This document shows positions 38,861-51,203 of a stretch of DNA of 59,446 nt, one piece after another; position 1 is the stretch's first letter; every line of letters begins with the position of its first letter. The translations under genes and the position numbers were made by a program. Where the stretch lies: assembly GCA_032718475.1 (NCBI GenBank), contig JAUCBJ010003217.1, forward strand, positions 1 through 59,446. Reading direction: 5' to 3'. Source of the DNA: Nemertoderma westbladi. Lineage: Eukaryota; Animalia; Xenacoelomorpha. The notes under the pieces are model-generated. The model saw only the letters and a list, made by a program, of their open reading frames with translations, did not search any database and was not told the origin of the DNA.

Positions 38861-41215
38861 CACATTAATAAAGTTATGTATAAACTTTAAATAATATTGC
38901 GTAGGTACTTGAATATTAAGTAAAACTGGATAAATTATACTCTAATTCGGGAATAACGGTCTATTTACAGATTTACATCAGGTAGGCAGATATATATAGG
39001 AGGCGATGGAAGTCTAATCCCTGCCTGGATTCACTTCTAAAACATACGACAGACAAGTTGCCAGACATACGATAACCTATACGTTATGCACGATTACAGG
39101 ATACAGATATATGCGATGTAATCAGAGCTGGCGAACTCTTGAACTAGGCGCTAGCTTTTTTAGGGTTTTTTAAAAATAACCTACCGGTACTTTGTTGAAA
39201 ATGACAAAAAAGCCAATGCAAATACCTTTAATCAGATACTGCAGTGTGAGAGAAAGATTACATTAATTGTTCTGTACTGTACTGTATATATTTATAAAAA
39301 ATATTGAAATATGTTGTTACTGAAAATAAAATGGTCTAATTTAAAATAGGTTAGAAATGTCTGTACTGAAAGTTTATATAAAATATTTTAAGATGTTACT
39401 GAACTGAAAATAAGATCGTCATAGATATACGGAGTTGCACGGTGACTCTAAAACATTGAATAATAATGATTTGTCGTCGAGGATAGATAGTCCCATCAGT
39501 CAGGGAGATCATCAATTTTGGGGTTACCCCAAATTTCGAATTCTGGTAATAGACTGTCGAAAATTGGGGTTTTTTGTTCAAATTTGAGGTATTTTTAGGC
39601 TCATAATATCGAGTGTTGCTGCGACTTAGGGAAACTGTTGGAGCAACTTCTACTTTTAATATGTTAAAATATAATGTAAAATAAGAACTTTTATCGATGC
39701 AATAAAATAATTCACCGATGCAAACATGCTTTTATTGGGGGCGAAAATTGAAATTTGAGGTTAAACCTCAAACTTGAGACAAAACCTCAAATTTCGCCAG
39801 TCTTTACAACATCACCAGCCTGCCAGCAGTAGGGTGTAGCAGTAGGCTTTGCTGCTTAGTGCTTATAGAGCTTGGTGAGAATGGGTGACCAGTGTAACCT
39901 GTGCCATGACATGTATACAGGGTAGGCTTAACCTTACAGCACAGCAACTTACAGTCAATAACTTTAATGATTGTTAACTCCGTTAGTGATTGGTGATAAA
40001 AATGCAGAAGACAAGAGAAATTCGCTAGGCCTATCCTTCCTTACAGCCTTACTGTTGGTAAGAATAACAGTAGACCAAATCCTCACTGTTGAGAGATTCA
40101 AGCTCACACAGCTGCACAGTCACAGACTCAGGAAGGCCTACTATATCTTGTAGATGTTGAATCAATTCCAGAATTTGGTAGTTTACATATTCTGGCATTC
40201 ATCGGTTCTGTTCATCATTCAGTCATTCATATCACACATCTTCAGAAAAAAATATGTTTTCTGGTTGTTGGATGTCCTCTTTAAAACTTTGTATATCAAA
40301 TGAAGCCATTCCTCTCCCTGACAGCCTGAAGACTTATGTAATATTCGCCTGCCCTAGCTCTATCTGTCAATTGGAATACTGTACCATCATTCTTCCACAG
40401 TTTGGAGCCCATTTCTAGATAAATGTGGCCGCAAACTGGCAAAGGTCAGAAGGTTGACGTGGTTTATACAATATATGTGGACTTGATTCTTTTGTTAGTT
40501 ATTCTATACGACTGGAGACTCTAAAGTTGGAACCACTACCTACTGCAGTATACATCAATTAAAGTTCAATTTGATAATGTGCTTTAAACATATACAGTTA
40601 TATGTAAAGATCTAAACCTGATCCTCCATTACAACAATGTGCAACATCCTGACATCCTCGCAGACTATTTTAATATCCCAGCCAGACATCCAATGCAATC
40701 ATGACCTGGCCATATATATAAAATTATGAAGCAAAGGCCATGCCCCGCCCATCTGCCCATGTCTGCATGTTCCATAATCCATACATCACCTCTTCTTTAT
40801 CAGGGTCATTAACATATGGAACATGCTGGACCTGGAACACAGTAAGAAACATCATCATCATCATCACTAATCGCTATTCCTTTAAACAGTCTTTAGACTC
40901 TGCTTCCTTATCAAGACATCTGAAATGTTTTAGAAATCTAAGTGACTGTTTGTTTATACAGTTATACTATACATACAGTACATACATCCTTTTAAATTGA
41001 CTTTATGAGGAACCAGAATCATTTATAACTTGGGCAAAAAGTATAACCTTTTTCACTAACCTATTCTCGAGGCTTTATCTCATCTCTGGAGTAAACCTTG
41101 CAGGCACTAAAGTTGCATTGCAATAGTGTGTAGGGATGGATTTTGCTCAAATTTCGATCAAAAATTTTGATCAACACATTCAATGAAATTTTAGAAATTC
41201 CACCTAAAATATTTT

Positions 41216-41485
41216 GGCACTTGTGTCAAATCAAATAGGTGACCCTCCTAATCTGCTAATCCTGAAATCACCAGCTAATCCTGAAATTTTGTGCAGGTGA
41301 TATCAATATTCCTAACTCTTGTTTATTGTTTTTTGGTTACTTTCAACTCACCTCTGTAATCTAACCTGCTCCTTTGCTAACCCTGTAACCGGGCACTAGC
41401 TGACTAGTGAAAGTGACTTTAGTTTAGGTGATTTCAGGATTAGCAGATTAGGAGCTAGGAGTGTCCCCTATTTGACACAAGTGCC
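41216..41485. mobile_element. Short MITE (270 bp)
   Basis: TIR GGCACTTGTGTCAAAT / ATTTGACACAAGTGCC plus an inner inverted repeat CTAATCTGCTAATCCTGAAATCACC / GGTGATTTCAGGATTAGCAGATTAG. Confidence 0.8.
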
Positions 41486-42693
41486 AATGTTTTATTTTAC
41501 TTTTTTCCGGGAGAAAAAGTAAAATCAATGCAAAATTATGGCTCTAAGGTACATTATTATGTGGCAAAATGATTCAATATTATTGCAGGTTGCTGTGTTG
41601 CCGACTTTGCAAAAGCTGTGCCCAACAAAAAGTTACAATTATGGGGACAACTTTTTCCCTACCAGTAGGGTAAAAAAGTAGGCCTACTACTTTTTCTCCC
41701 GATTTTAGGGCATATTCAAGCAAAAAAGTAACAATATAAAAATATAAGGTCTTCAAGCTCTGTACTTCGTTTTATATGTCTACCATCTGATCATACCACC
41801 CCACTGCACCCCTACCAGTAGCCTTTTTAAGTATAAGCCTTTTTTAACTAATACTGAATATGTTTTCAATAATATATTTCACAACACTCAGACACTACAG
41901 CACTAGGTGCTAGGCCTGCATCAGTTTATTTTTTTTCCTTTGCAATACAGTAACAATCTAACAACTACTGAACTAGGCCAACTATGACTTCTGTCTGTAT
42001 CTGACTATGCTGCTATGAAATTCAAACTTGGGGTAAAACTCAAATTTAGAGAATTAACCTAACCTTGTATTAAATTTGAGAATACCTCAAATTTCAAATG
42101 TGATGTCGCTATGTGATGAAAATCTTATTGTGGTAATAAGTCTATGAGTACGATAAAAATTAAATTAATATAAGTACGGTAGTTAGTATGTCTGTTTTGG
42201 TCTGATAATTAAATTTTTTTTTAATTATTTTATATTAGTAAGAAAAAGCGGATTTTTCAGATAAAAATAAATAATACTAAATACGGTAACAGTAGATATC
42301 ATATCAGGGAGTAGATTATAGATTATAGAGGATAAAAATTCACACAGGCAGAAATATAATAATTATTTACACTAGTATCAAACTGTAGGAACCATTAAGT
42401 ATTTAGAGGGAAATAAAAATATTGAAATGGCAGCGGATTATTTAAAAAATAAAAATATTTACTGAATAATATGATAATGTAAAAAACAATTAAAAAATTT
42501 AAATTATTTACAAACAGATACATAGAAAGAGTAATGTAATATATTATGTCAATGAAGTTTTTTAGAACAATACAATAAAAAAATTTAAGAAAGGGCAAGT
42601 TAGACACAAATATAAAGTACGTACTGTATGAAATATTGGAATGCAGTTTAAAAATAATACGTAAAAAATATTGGAATGCAGTTTAAAATCTTA

Positions 42694-42828
42694 GATGTAA
42701 TATTATGGTTTTGTTCAGAAATGGAAAAAATGAGAAAGCGCGTCACTGGGGGTTGAACCAGCGCTTTACGTACGTTTCAGCCTATCAGGCCTTTATCAGT
42801 AGCGCTAACCAGTTCAACCACTTGTCCC
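42694..42828 (-). mobile_element. tRNA-derived SINE head (or tRNA pseudogene)
   Basis: Minus strand reads GGACAAGTGGTTGAACTGGTTAGCGCT (A-box/D-arm-like) ... CTGGTTCAACCCCCAG (B-box/T-arm-like). There is no acceptor stem, and a second copy lies at 14861-14960. Confidence 0.6.
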
Positions 42829-42959
42829 TGACATTCACTATCTCACCTAATCCAAATATTACATCTTTAATGACAGTTGCATTAACAGCTCAACTCCAAT
42901 TTATTTAATATCTTAGGAATTTAGCTACTAGTATATATTAATATATCGGATGACATGAT

Positions 42960-44110
42960 TTTTTCGAGAAGATACGATTTTACTTTATGTTTGAAGGACT
43001 CAATTGATTCAACACTTGTTATGCTATTGGGCAGTTGGTTCCATAAGTAAGGACCCTGGTTTTGTTATACGTAATTTTTATATGTATTTTCTATATAACT
43101 AGATGAGATACTGAGTTTTGAAATTTAAACATGTGCTAAAAATTGTGAGATACGCGGTTTTGGCAATTTCAAAAACCTATTTCCCCTTCTTCAAATGCTT
43201 AGAGACTTCACAGACAGACGCAGAACAGTTTCCTGATTCGAATGATATATAAAACTAATTTTTTGAAAAATTTGAGATACTGGGTTTTGGAATGAAAGGG
43301 CCATGGTACGCAAAACTTTCTTGGCCCAACACGGAGTGTAAACGTGGGATTATTGCCTTCGGTTTCATGTGACACCTCAAGCGAGACCGTGATTGGCTAA
43401 AGGATACAAATTCCTGGAAGTAAGTTGGTGCTGTCCCAGAGTAAATGCGGTACATAGTAGTGAGGATTATTTGGTGGACGCGCTCACGAAGGGGAAGCCA
43501 GTTTATGGAGACAAAGTCTGGAACGCCTATGTCAGTATGTGAGAAAGGGGTTGGCGTGAGAAACAGAAACGTATACAATTACGCGGCAACGCCTCGATCT
43601 GTTTTCGTAGTTGGGAGGAAGCACCAAAGTACCATGAAGGATATGCAAAATCGAGGTGAGGTTGTATAAGCGAGTTGCAAAGAAGTCGTCAAATCTGTTC
43701 AGTCCTGAGTGACGGTGAGTTTCTGTAGAGGAAACGAAGAATCGAGTTCCCCTTCCGGATGGCTTTGCGAGCTGCAACTTCGCCGAACAGGGTTAGATCC
43801 AGTGGGCATCCCAGGTAGTTATAGTCAACAGTGCCTGAGACAGGCAGTGACACACCATTATGCTCCTCTGTGAAGTTCACTACATGTGAGAGACACTGAC
43901 GGGTCCCATAAATTATAACCTCAAATTTATCTGGCTCTATCAGTCTATGATGAGTCTGTTCAGCTGTTGTAAATGGCCCAGGTTGAGATATTTTTCAGTT
44001 TGTTTGTTCGAGTTCAGTTTGAAAGTTTCTCGAGATGTGGTTTGGAACTGGTCCTGTTGCGAGGATGTTTGTATCGTCAGGCATACATTGGAGAAGGGTC
44101 AGTGTCATCT
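42960..44110 (-). mobile_element. Degenerate non-LTR retrotransposon (CR1/L2 group) ORF2 3' fragments
   Basis: Frameshifted YADDT at ~44070-44086, YLGCPLDLTL, INWLPLRERV...MYRIYSGTAPTY...GQESFAYHGP, and GPYLWNQLPNSI...SFKHKVKSYL at 42970-43058. Confidence 0.8.
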
Positions 44111-45468
44111 GTAATTACATTGTGAGTGAATAGTGCCAGACAGCCAGAGGCAACTGTTTACTTCAGGCTGTCAGGGTGGATGGAACCTTCGGTGTTCGTG
44201 TTCTACCTGTAGCGCTGTATCCTGTGTATTATCATGTAAATCACTGAAATACTTATTTATTAAATAGAATATCTGTGTGAAATTTGAGACAAATCGATTT
44301 AAAAATGGCCATTTGGGGGGAGAGGTGTTTGTCACTGAGCCTCGAATGTGATACTGTCATTGATTGTGATAGAACCGATAGTACTGTAGTAGGCCTATCC
44401 ACTATCCTGCTATCCCTTCCTCAGTCCCTGCTCCCTATCATTATACCTATCTCTGCCAGCTTTACCCCAGCAGCCCAGTGCCAGTACCCTGTCAGCCTGT
44501 AGCCCTGCGTACCTGCCGGTTGGGCGGTTGCCTGAAACTTATATCGCAGTATCCCAGACTGCCAGACTGGAATCTATATGTTTTGCACGCCGGAGGTGCG
44601 CCGTACGTAAAATACTTTGCGCCAACCTGCCAACCGACACTAAATTTACGCCAACCAAAAAATATGTTCCTATCGCATAAAACAGTAGGTAAAATTAAAA
44701 TGTGCGCCAACTGCCAACAAAGAAAGTTTAAAAACGAATGACTGAATGATAGGCCTATTAATTATGAATTAGGCCTATATCGTATCGAATTGAGGCGTCC
44801 TTCAGTCCTTTGAGTCGATCGTCAATTGTATTGACGTATGTCAGTATGTGAGTAGGCCTAAACCAGTCTGCCAGTAAACTGCTAAATAAGATACCGGCTG
44901 ACCTGACCGGTATACAAGAATACAAAATGTGAGAAATTACAGTACCGGTCAGCCGGTAGACCAGTAGACGGTAGATATATATACACTGGACAGCACTACT
45001 ATCAGACTATAGAGAAGACTAGCAGACTAGTAGTAGACTGGTTTGTGTTTCGCAATTTAGTTTTCTAATTCCATGGCTGCTGGCTGCACCTGTGCACCGA
45101 CGCCGAGGCATTCGTTTCTAGGCGTGCGCCGGCGCTTGCTTATGCTGTTATGTACGGCACGGCGGAGACTGGGAGATCTCCCCAAAAAAAGCCAAGAGAT
45201 TCCATTCTGGCAGTCTGGGCAGTATCCAGGCACTAGGTATCGGACATCGGTACGACTGACTGTCTGGCTGTACTGCAGTACTGAGCTGCTGTGCTGTCAG
45301 GCTGTACGATGTAGATGTGATAAAGATACTACATTACTGCAGTACTGCTGTACCGTGTACCGGTACTGATATGTGATAGCCAGATACTGAGATAGCCTAG
45401 CTGTCAGGACCAGCAAGCTCCCAATTCCCATCTCAGTACTAAACTGGACTAGCACACGACACTCATAA

Positions 45469-45637
45469 TGACGTCACAATACAAATTGGTTCCTTCTTTC
45501 ACAAGGCAATCACGGCAGCCAGTAGCTGAATTGAGTTCAAACCATTACTGCACCCATCCAAATCCAACCAATAAACAGATCAGATTTGCTTATAAGCCAA
45601 CCACCACTCCTCAAATTTCTCTTCGAACTCTGATTGG
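45469..45637. promoter_or_regulatory. Candidate promoter, possibly of GRIP: full CRE plus three CCAAT boxes
   Basis: TGACGTCA at 45469-45476 and ATTGG/CCAAT at 45485, 45568 and 45633, about 1.2 kb upstream of the GRIP ATG. Motif evidence only. Confidence 0.3.
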
Positions 45638-46787
45638 GTAGCAGTTTATTGCAGACGCCATTAATTATTCATTGTGAAGATAGTATGTCCTGCGACGATC
45701 TCAATATGAGTATGTGCTGTAACAAAGAAAGTGTGTGCTGGAAAGGGGCGCTCCGGTTTAAATCATTTTGTTGAGTTTGTGGCCCAGCCTGGCACGGCAC
45801 GGGGTTGGGCATGCTACCTCCGCTGCTATTATGCTTCCAGGTTCCAGCCAGTCATAGATCAGTCCTTATTCCTTATGTGGGGCGCGCTGTCAGTTCAGGG
45901 GCCGTTTACTCAGTATGTTTGCTAAAGCTAAAGCCATCAGTTATTACGGTACCAATATTGGGGCCCCTAGTATAACTATATTATATAATGCAGGCGCGCT
46001 GTATTTCTCTTCTATCTATATTATCTTCCTGTCCTTTGTGAGCTGCTAGTAGTTCAATACATACACAGAGCTAATAGTCGTTTGTAACGGCTTGTAGTTT
46101 TATCTATTTTTGGTTTCCAATATAATAAGATAACTGCCCAAGTAACGGTTGAGTTAACACGGCAATTATCAAGCATATTATTCCTTCTTTTCTTTACTTT
46201 GCATATATTCCATCTGAAAGCTTTGTCCTGTCTGTCTACTGTATATTTGGTCCAGGAAAATCAACCTCCTATGCCCACTTACTAATATATTATCTAGGCC
46301 TATCTTGTAAATTAATATAATATACAACTTTATAATATATTCATTTATAATTGTCAAAAATATATCACACGTAATTTAAGACATTTAAGTGCGGCTAATT
46401 TACATAACAATTACAATGATTATCAGTTTATTCTATAATGCATTCATCCAATAATAAGGAAAACCATTAACTTATCATGAGTTCGGTTTGAAGAATCGCC
46501 AATATTACATAACAATAATTAAGTATTTATTGACTACATTTAGATATTAGATGTTCTAAATAGATTAATTAAGTAGGTACTATGATACGTACGGCGTATA
46601 TGTAGTTCATTCAGCATTGTATGAGCTGTACTACATTATGTAAGGTTATACTGATATATGTGTAGATTGTACTGTGCTGTAATATCTTTTGTGTTGATTT
46701 TGATATGGTTGCATCAATAATAGTTATTACTGAAAGAATTGGTATTAATATACTATGCATGAGACAATCGCTGGCGAAATAGATGAT

Positions 46788-47019
46788 ATGCCGGCGTGGA
46801 AACCCCAGTGTATGCGTGGAACGCCCCCAAGTGGCGAGGAACGGAGTTCGCCCAGTGGGGTGTCGAGTTTCCCAGTGAAACATAAAGGCGGGCAGGGTCC
46901 ACAGCTGGGTCGGTGCGTAGTCGAACTGTTACGAAATAGCGATGAATCTAAACTGGGAATAACTGTTACTGGAGGGGCGGATAGTGAATACAAGCCAAGA
47001 GTATCAGCTGTAAGACCAG
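46788..47019 (+). CDS. GRIP1: GRIP (glutamate receptor-interacting protein) family, coding exon 1 (N-terminus and start of PDZ1)
   Basis: MPAWKPQC...VVELLRNSDESKLGITVTGGADSEYKPRVSAVRPG resembles GRIP1b [41 protein letters not shown]. Donor CAG|GTTAGT, phase 1. An upstream in-frame ATG lies at 46755. GRIP1 versus GRIP2 orthology cannot be resolved. Confidence 0.88.
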
Positions 47020-48695
47020 GTTAGTGAATACAAGCCAAGAGTTATCAGCTGTAAGACCAGGTTAGTGAATACAAGCCAAGAGTTATCAGCTGTAAGACCA
47101 GGTCAGTTAATAATACAAACCCAACGGTATCAGCTGTAAGACCAGGTCAGTTAATACAGTACAAACCAAGAGTATCAGCTGTAAGACCAGGTTAGTGAAT
47201 ACAAACCCAACGATATCAGCTGTAAGACCAGGTTAGTGAATACAAACCAAGAGTATCAGCTGTAAGACCAGGTCAGTTAATAATACAAACCCAACGGTAT
47301 CAGCTGTAAGACCAGGTCAGTTAATACAGTACAAACCAAGAGTATCAGCTATAAGACCAGGTTTGTGAATACAAACCCAAGGATATCAGCTGTAAGACAA
47401 GGTCAGTTAATAATGCAAACCCAAGAGTATCGGCTGTAAGACCAGGTCAGTTAATAATACAAACACAAGGATATCAGCTGTAAGACCAGGTTAGTTAATA
47501 CAAACCAAGAGTATCAGATGTAAGACCAGGTCAGTTAATAATGCAAACCCAAGAGTATGGGCTGTAAGACCTGGTTAGTGAATACAAACCAAAGAATATC
47601 AGCTGTAAGACCAGGTCAGTTAATAATGCAAACCCAAGAGTATGGGTTGTAAGACCAGGTTAGTGAATACAAACCCAAGAATATCAGCTGTAAGACCTGG
47701 TCAGTTAATAATACAAACGTGGATATCAGCTGTAAGACCAGGTCAGTTAATAATGCAAACCCAAGAGTATCGGCTGTAAGACCAGGTCAGTTAATACAAA
47801 CCAAGAGTACCAACTGTAAGACCAGGTTAGTGAATACAAACCCAAGGATATCAGCTGTAAGACCAGGTCAGTTAATAATGCAAACCAAGAGTATCAGCTG
47901 TAAGAGCATGTCAATTTATACAAACCAAGAGTTTCAACTGTAAGACCAGGTTAGTTAATACAAACCAAGAGTATCAGCTGTAAGACCAGGTTAGTGAATA
48001 CAAACCCAAGAGTATGGGCTGTAAGACCATGTCAATTATTACAAACCAAGAGTTTCAGCTGTAAGACCAGGTTAGTTAATACAAACCAAGAGTATCAGCT
48101 GTAAGACGAGGCCAGTTAATACAAACCCAAGAATATCAGCGTTAAGACCAGGTCAGTTAATAATACAAACCCAAGGGTATCAGCTGTAAGACCAGGTCAG
48201 TTAATAATACAAACACAAGGATATCAGCTGTAAGACCAGGTTAGTGAATACAAACCCAAGAGTATGGGCTGTAAGACCATGTCAATTTATACAAACCAAG
48301 AGTTTCAACTGTAAGACCAGGTTAGTTAATACAAACCAAGAGTATCAGCTGTAAGACCAGGTTAGTGAATACAAACCCAAGAGTATGGGCTGTAAGACCA
48401 TGTCAATTATTACAAACCAAGAGTTTCAGCTGTAAGACCAGGTTAGTTAATACAAACCAAGAGTATCAGCTGTAAGACGAGGCCAGTTAATACAAACCCA
48501 AGAATATCAGCGTTAAGACCAGGTCAGTTAATAATACAAACCCAAGGGTATCAGCTGTAAGACCAGGTCAGTTAATAATACAAACACAAGGATATCAGCT
48601 GTAAGATCAGGTTAGTTAATACAAACCCAAGAGTATCAGCTGTAAGACCAGGTCAGTTAATAATGCAAACCTAAGAGTATGGGCTGTAAGACCAG
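46984..48695 (+). repeat. ~40-45 bp tandem array derived from the GRIP exon 1 end plus splice donor (left part, about 40 copies)
   Basis: Unit AATACAAACCCAAGAGTATCAGCTGTAAGACCAG|GT(T/C)AGT. The first unit is the coding sequence EYKPRVSAVRP. Confidence 0.95.
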
Positions 48696-49058
48696 TATGG
48701 TGGCCCATGAGTATCATAACAAAAAAATATATTTATATATTTTTAAATGAAATAAAAAAACTAATTTTAAAATGCATATGAAAAAAAATTCAAATAAAAA
48801 ATAAAATGCAATTTAAAATGGATTTTAAAGTCGATTTCAAAACGATTTTTAAAAGGCATTTTAAAACGCATTCACAACACGCAGCCCATGAGTATCATAA
48901 CAGACTGTCGTAATGGTAGCTGGCCCAGGAGTATCATATCGAACTGGCTGAGGATAGGCCTAACATGCGCATGCGCATACGCTACCTAGTTCCCTTGCTG
49001 CTAGCTGTAGAGTACCGGTAGTGCACTACTGTTGTACTGCACTACAGCAGAAGTCAGC
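48696..49058 (+). repeat. Left terminal inverted repeat (~363 bp)
   Basis: Aligns in reverse complement to 52813-53202 with a few substitutions and small indels. Confidence 0.92.
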
Positions 49059-49286
49059 AAGGCCTAACATCCGATGCCTACTGCATACTGCTACTGTGAT
49101 ACAGTACTGGAACTTGACTACTGGTACGGTACAGCAGTCAGGCAGTATGACTCGTTCGTTTCTGTGACCTGAAGGTGTAGAGTACCGGTAGTTGTACAGT
49201 TCGCATTTGTAGACTTCCTTTTCAGTATTACATTATTATATTTCAGTATTCCACTGTGTATATAGGCCTATGCGTATGTCTTGGAT

Positions 49287-50657
49287 ATGGCAGGAGTTGC
49301 GGGACAGAAAGGAAGAAAAACAAACATCAGCGATTTGGAGGCGAGACTGTCAGCGAAACGCACGAAGAGAGCGCAACAAGGTACTGGTGCTACCGGTAGA
49401 CTCAAATCCCCGCAATGGCTAACTGTACAAAAATTATCTGAACACTCTGGAGGTAGACTATCTAAATACGAACCGATTGGGCCTCGCCACTTTGTACCTT
49501 TCCAAGCTGACTATGAGGACCTAAGCATCACTAATATAAAGACTGCCTGTGAGGCATACTATGGTGAACCCGAGGGAAGTTGTGATGTTTTGGCTAGTGA
49601 GAGGGGCCCAAGCTGCTCTGACATCGAACAATTGGGATGTAAGAAGATTTACTTTGTCAGGTTTACTGGTGGTAGTAGTAGACCTAGTACTAGTAGCCAA
49701 CCTACCACGCCCGGTAGTGATGCTGCTGCAGGTGGTAAAGTGAGTACCGCACTGCAGGATTTAGAACCAAGTGACGGCGGTAGCTGTACTACTTATTCAT
49801 CTACCAATATGTTATCTAGGGAGTGGTCTTCACGGGCAGTTGAGAGTCCGAAGATTTATCCAAAATCTGTATCAGTGTCATGCTTAATAAAGGCAGGTAA
49901 ACTTATAGTAGATGATAAATACGTTGCTGTCACTATATGTCGTGAAGAATTTGATATTGAGCACTCCACTTGGAATATAGAGAAAGCCGGCAGATACAAG
50001 GTGTCCAAAGTACCTTTTGCGGAGGGTGGGTTTAGATCTGCCTACATGGCCTACAATTGCGATGGCAATGAAAAGTTTGTTGTGAAAAAATACAAACCCA
50101 GTGTGGAAGCAATGTTAACTGAGGAACTGGGAACAACCGTCGAATATCACACTCGAAAACAGGTACAAATGCATACCGTTGCTTCTACAATCACTGATTC
50201 ATTCTCGAAGTGTGTGAGTAATCTCGACGAAGATTTTGGAGAAACTTTCGTCTACAATAAGGTTTGGTTTGGGGTGATGGATTCATCTGAGAGGGAATTT
50301 ATTACAGTAGAGGAGCATGTACCTGGCACATTTATTAAATACATAAACAACTGTGGCACGGTAACAGATACGAGGGACCAAGACCTCAGCGATTACGAGC
50401 TGGATAACTATGATAAGGCGCAGGCGCTCGCCCATTACTCATATATACATACGAAGAAGAAGATAATGCTATTAGATATTCAGGGCACAGATCTGCGATT
50501 GTATGACCCTGAGATCGCCAGTAGAGAACTAACATATGACGACCAAGAGATATACTTTTGCGCAGGGAATTGCTCAGTGATCGGTATTGAAACCTTCCTC
50601 CTATCCCATAAATGCAACCGTTATTGCAAAATTATGCACCTCCATGAAAACACTTAG
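49287..50657 (+). CDS. Alpha-kinase (eEF2K/MHCK/TRPM7-kinase family), transposon-encoded, intronless, 456 aa
   Basis: PFAEGGFRSAY, FVVKKY, QVQMH, VEEHVPGTFIKYINNCG, AQALAHYSY, LLDIQG, YDPEI, and GNCS...F...HKCNRYC (Zn site). The N-terminal ~125-aa domain is unrecognised and is followed by a Ser/Thr-rich linker. Confidence 0.92.
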   Translation: MAGVAGQKGRKTNISDLEARLSAKRTKRAQQGTGATGRLKSPQWLTVQKLSEHSGGRLSKYEPIGPRHFVPFQADYEDLSITNIKTACEAYYGEPEGSCDVLASERGPSCSDIEQLGCKKIYFVRFTGGSSRPSTSSQPTTPGSDAAAGGKVSTALQDLEPSDGGSCTTYSSTNMLSREWSSRAVESPKIYPKSVSVSCLIKAGKLIVDDKYVAVTICREEFDIEHSTWNIEKAGRYKVSKVPFAEGGFRSAYMAYNCDGNEKFVVKKYKPSVEAMLTEELGTTVEYHTRKQVQMHTVASTITDSFSKCVSNLDEDFGETFVYNKVWFGVMDSSEREFITVEEHVPGTFIKYINNCGTVTDTRDQDLSDYELDNYDKAQALAHYSYIHTKKKIMLLDIQGTDLRLYDPEIASRELTYDDQEIYFCAGNCSVIGIETFLLSHKCNRYCKIMHLHENT

Positions 50658-51203
50658 TAGGCCTATCATATCATTCGTCATGTGACTCATGCAATAGAAC
50701 TTGCTTATAACTATAACTTGCTTTTTTATTTTAGCATAAGTTCTTTAGTTTTTCATACATTTTAGCCGGCAGCTAGTTTGGGTTTGGGCTGGGGTTACTA
50801 ACATTGAATAATACTAATATCTGGTTTGGTAAATTATCTAAATTGCAATGAAATTAATACCGGGGTAACTAACCCACGTTCTATTCCATACAGCGAAACT
50901 TATACATTTTTGGTTTTACTGTTTTTTTTTGTTGGTTTTTTTAGTTTTAGTGTTCGCTTTAAGTTTTAACTTTATTTAGTTGTTAGTTGTAGTAGTTTAG
51001 TTGAAATTTAATAATTACCTTGAAAATCCATGATTCCAATAGGGTATTCAGCAATCCGGATTATCATTGAAAATAACGTGTTAACTGTTAATACAATTTA
51101 CGTACTAGCCGTCCGGATTGCCAATGAAAATAAATGCCCAATCTGTTACATCCCTCCCTCTATAGCCTTATAATTATAATAAATATATATGTTTCTCTTT
51201 TAA

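Noticed and set aside
39123-39805. Possible hAT element (CAGAGCTGGCGAA ... TTCGCCAGTCTT) with AACCTCAAATTT motifs
   Set aside because: The TIR match is short and imperfect and there is no TSD, so boundaries cannot be supported.
40240-40835. Possible decayed coding fragments on the minus strand (LRPHLSRNGLQTVEE, vaguely CARD-like; an exon-like block at 40620-40830)
   Set aside because: Multiple stops and no recognisable family without a profile search.
42694-42828. Functional tRNA gene
   Set aside because: It has A/B-box-like motifs but no acceptor stem or canonical anticodon arm. A dispersed second copy shares non-tRNA flank, so a SINE is more likely.
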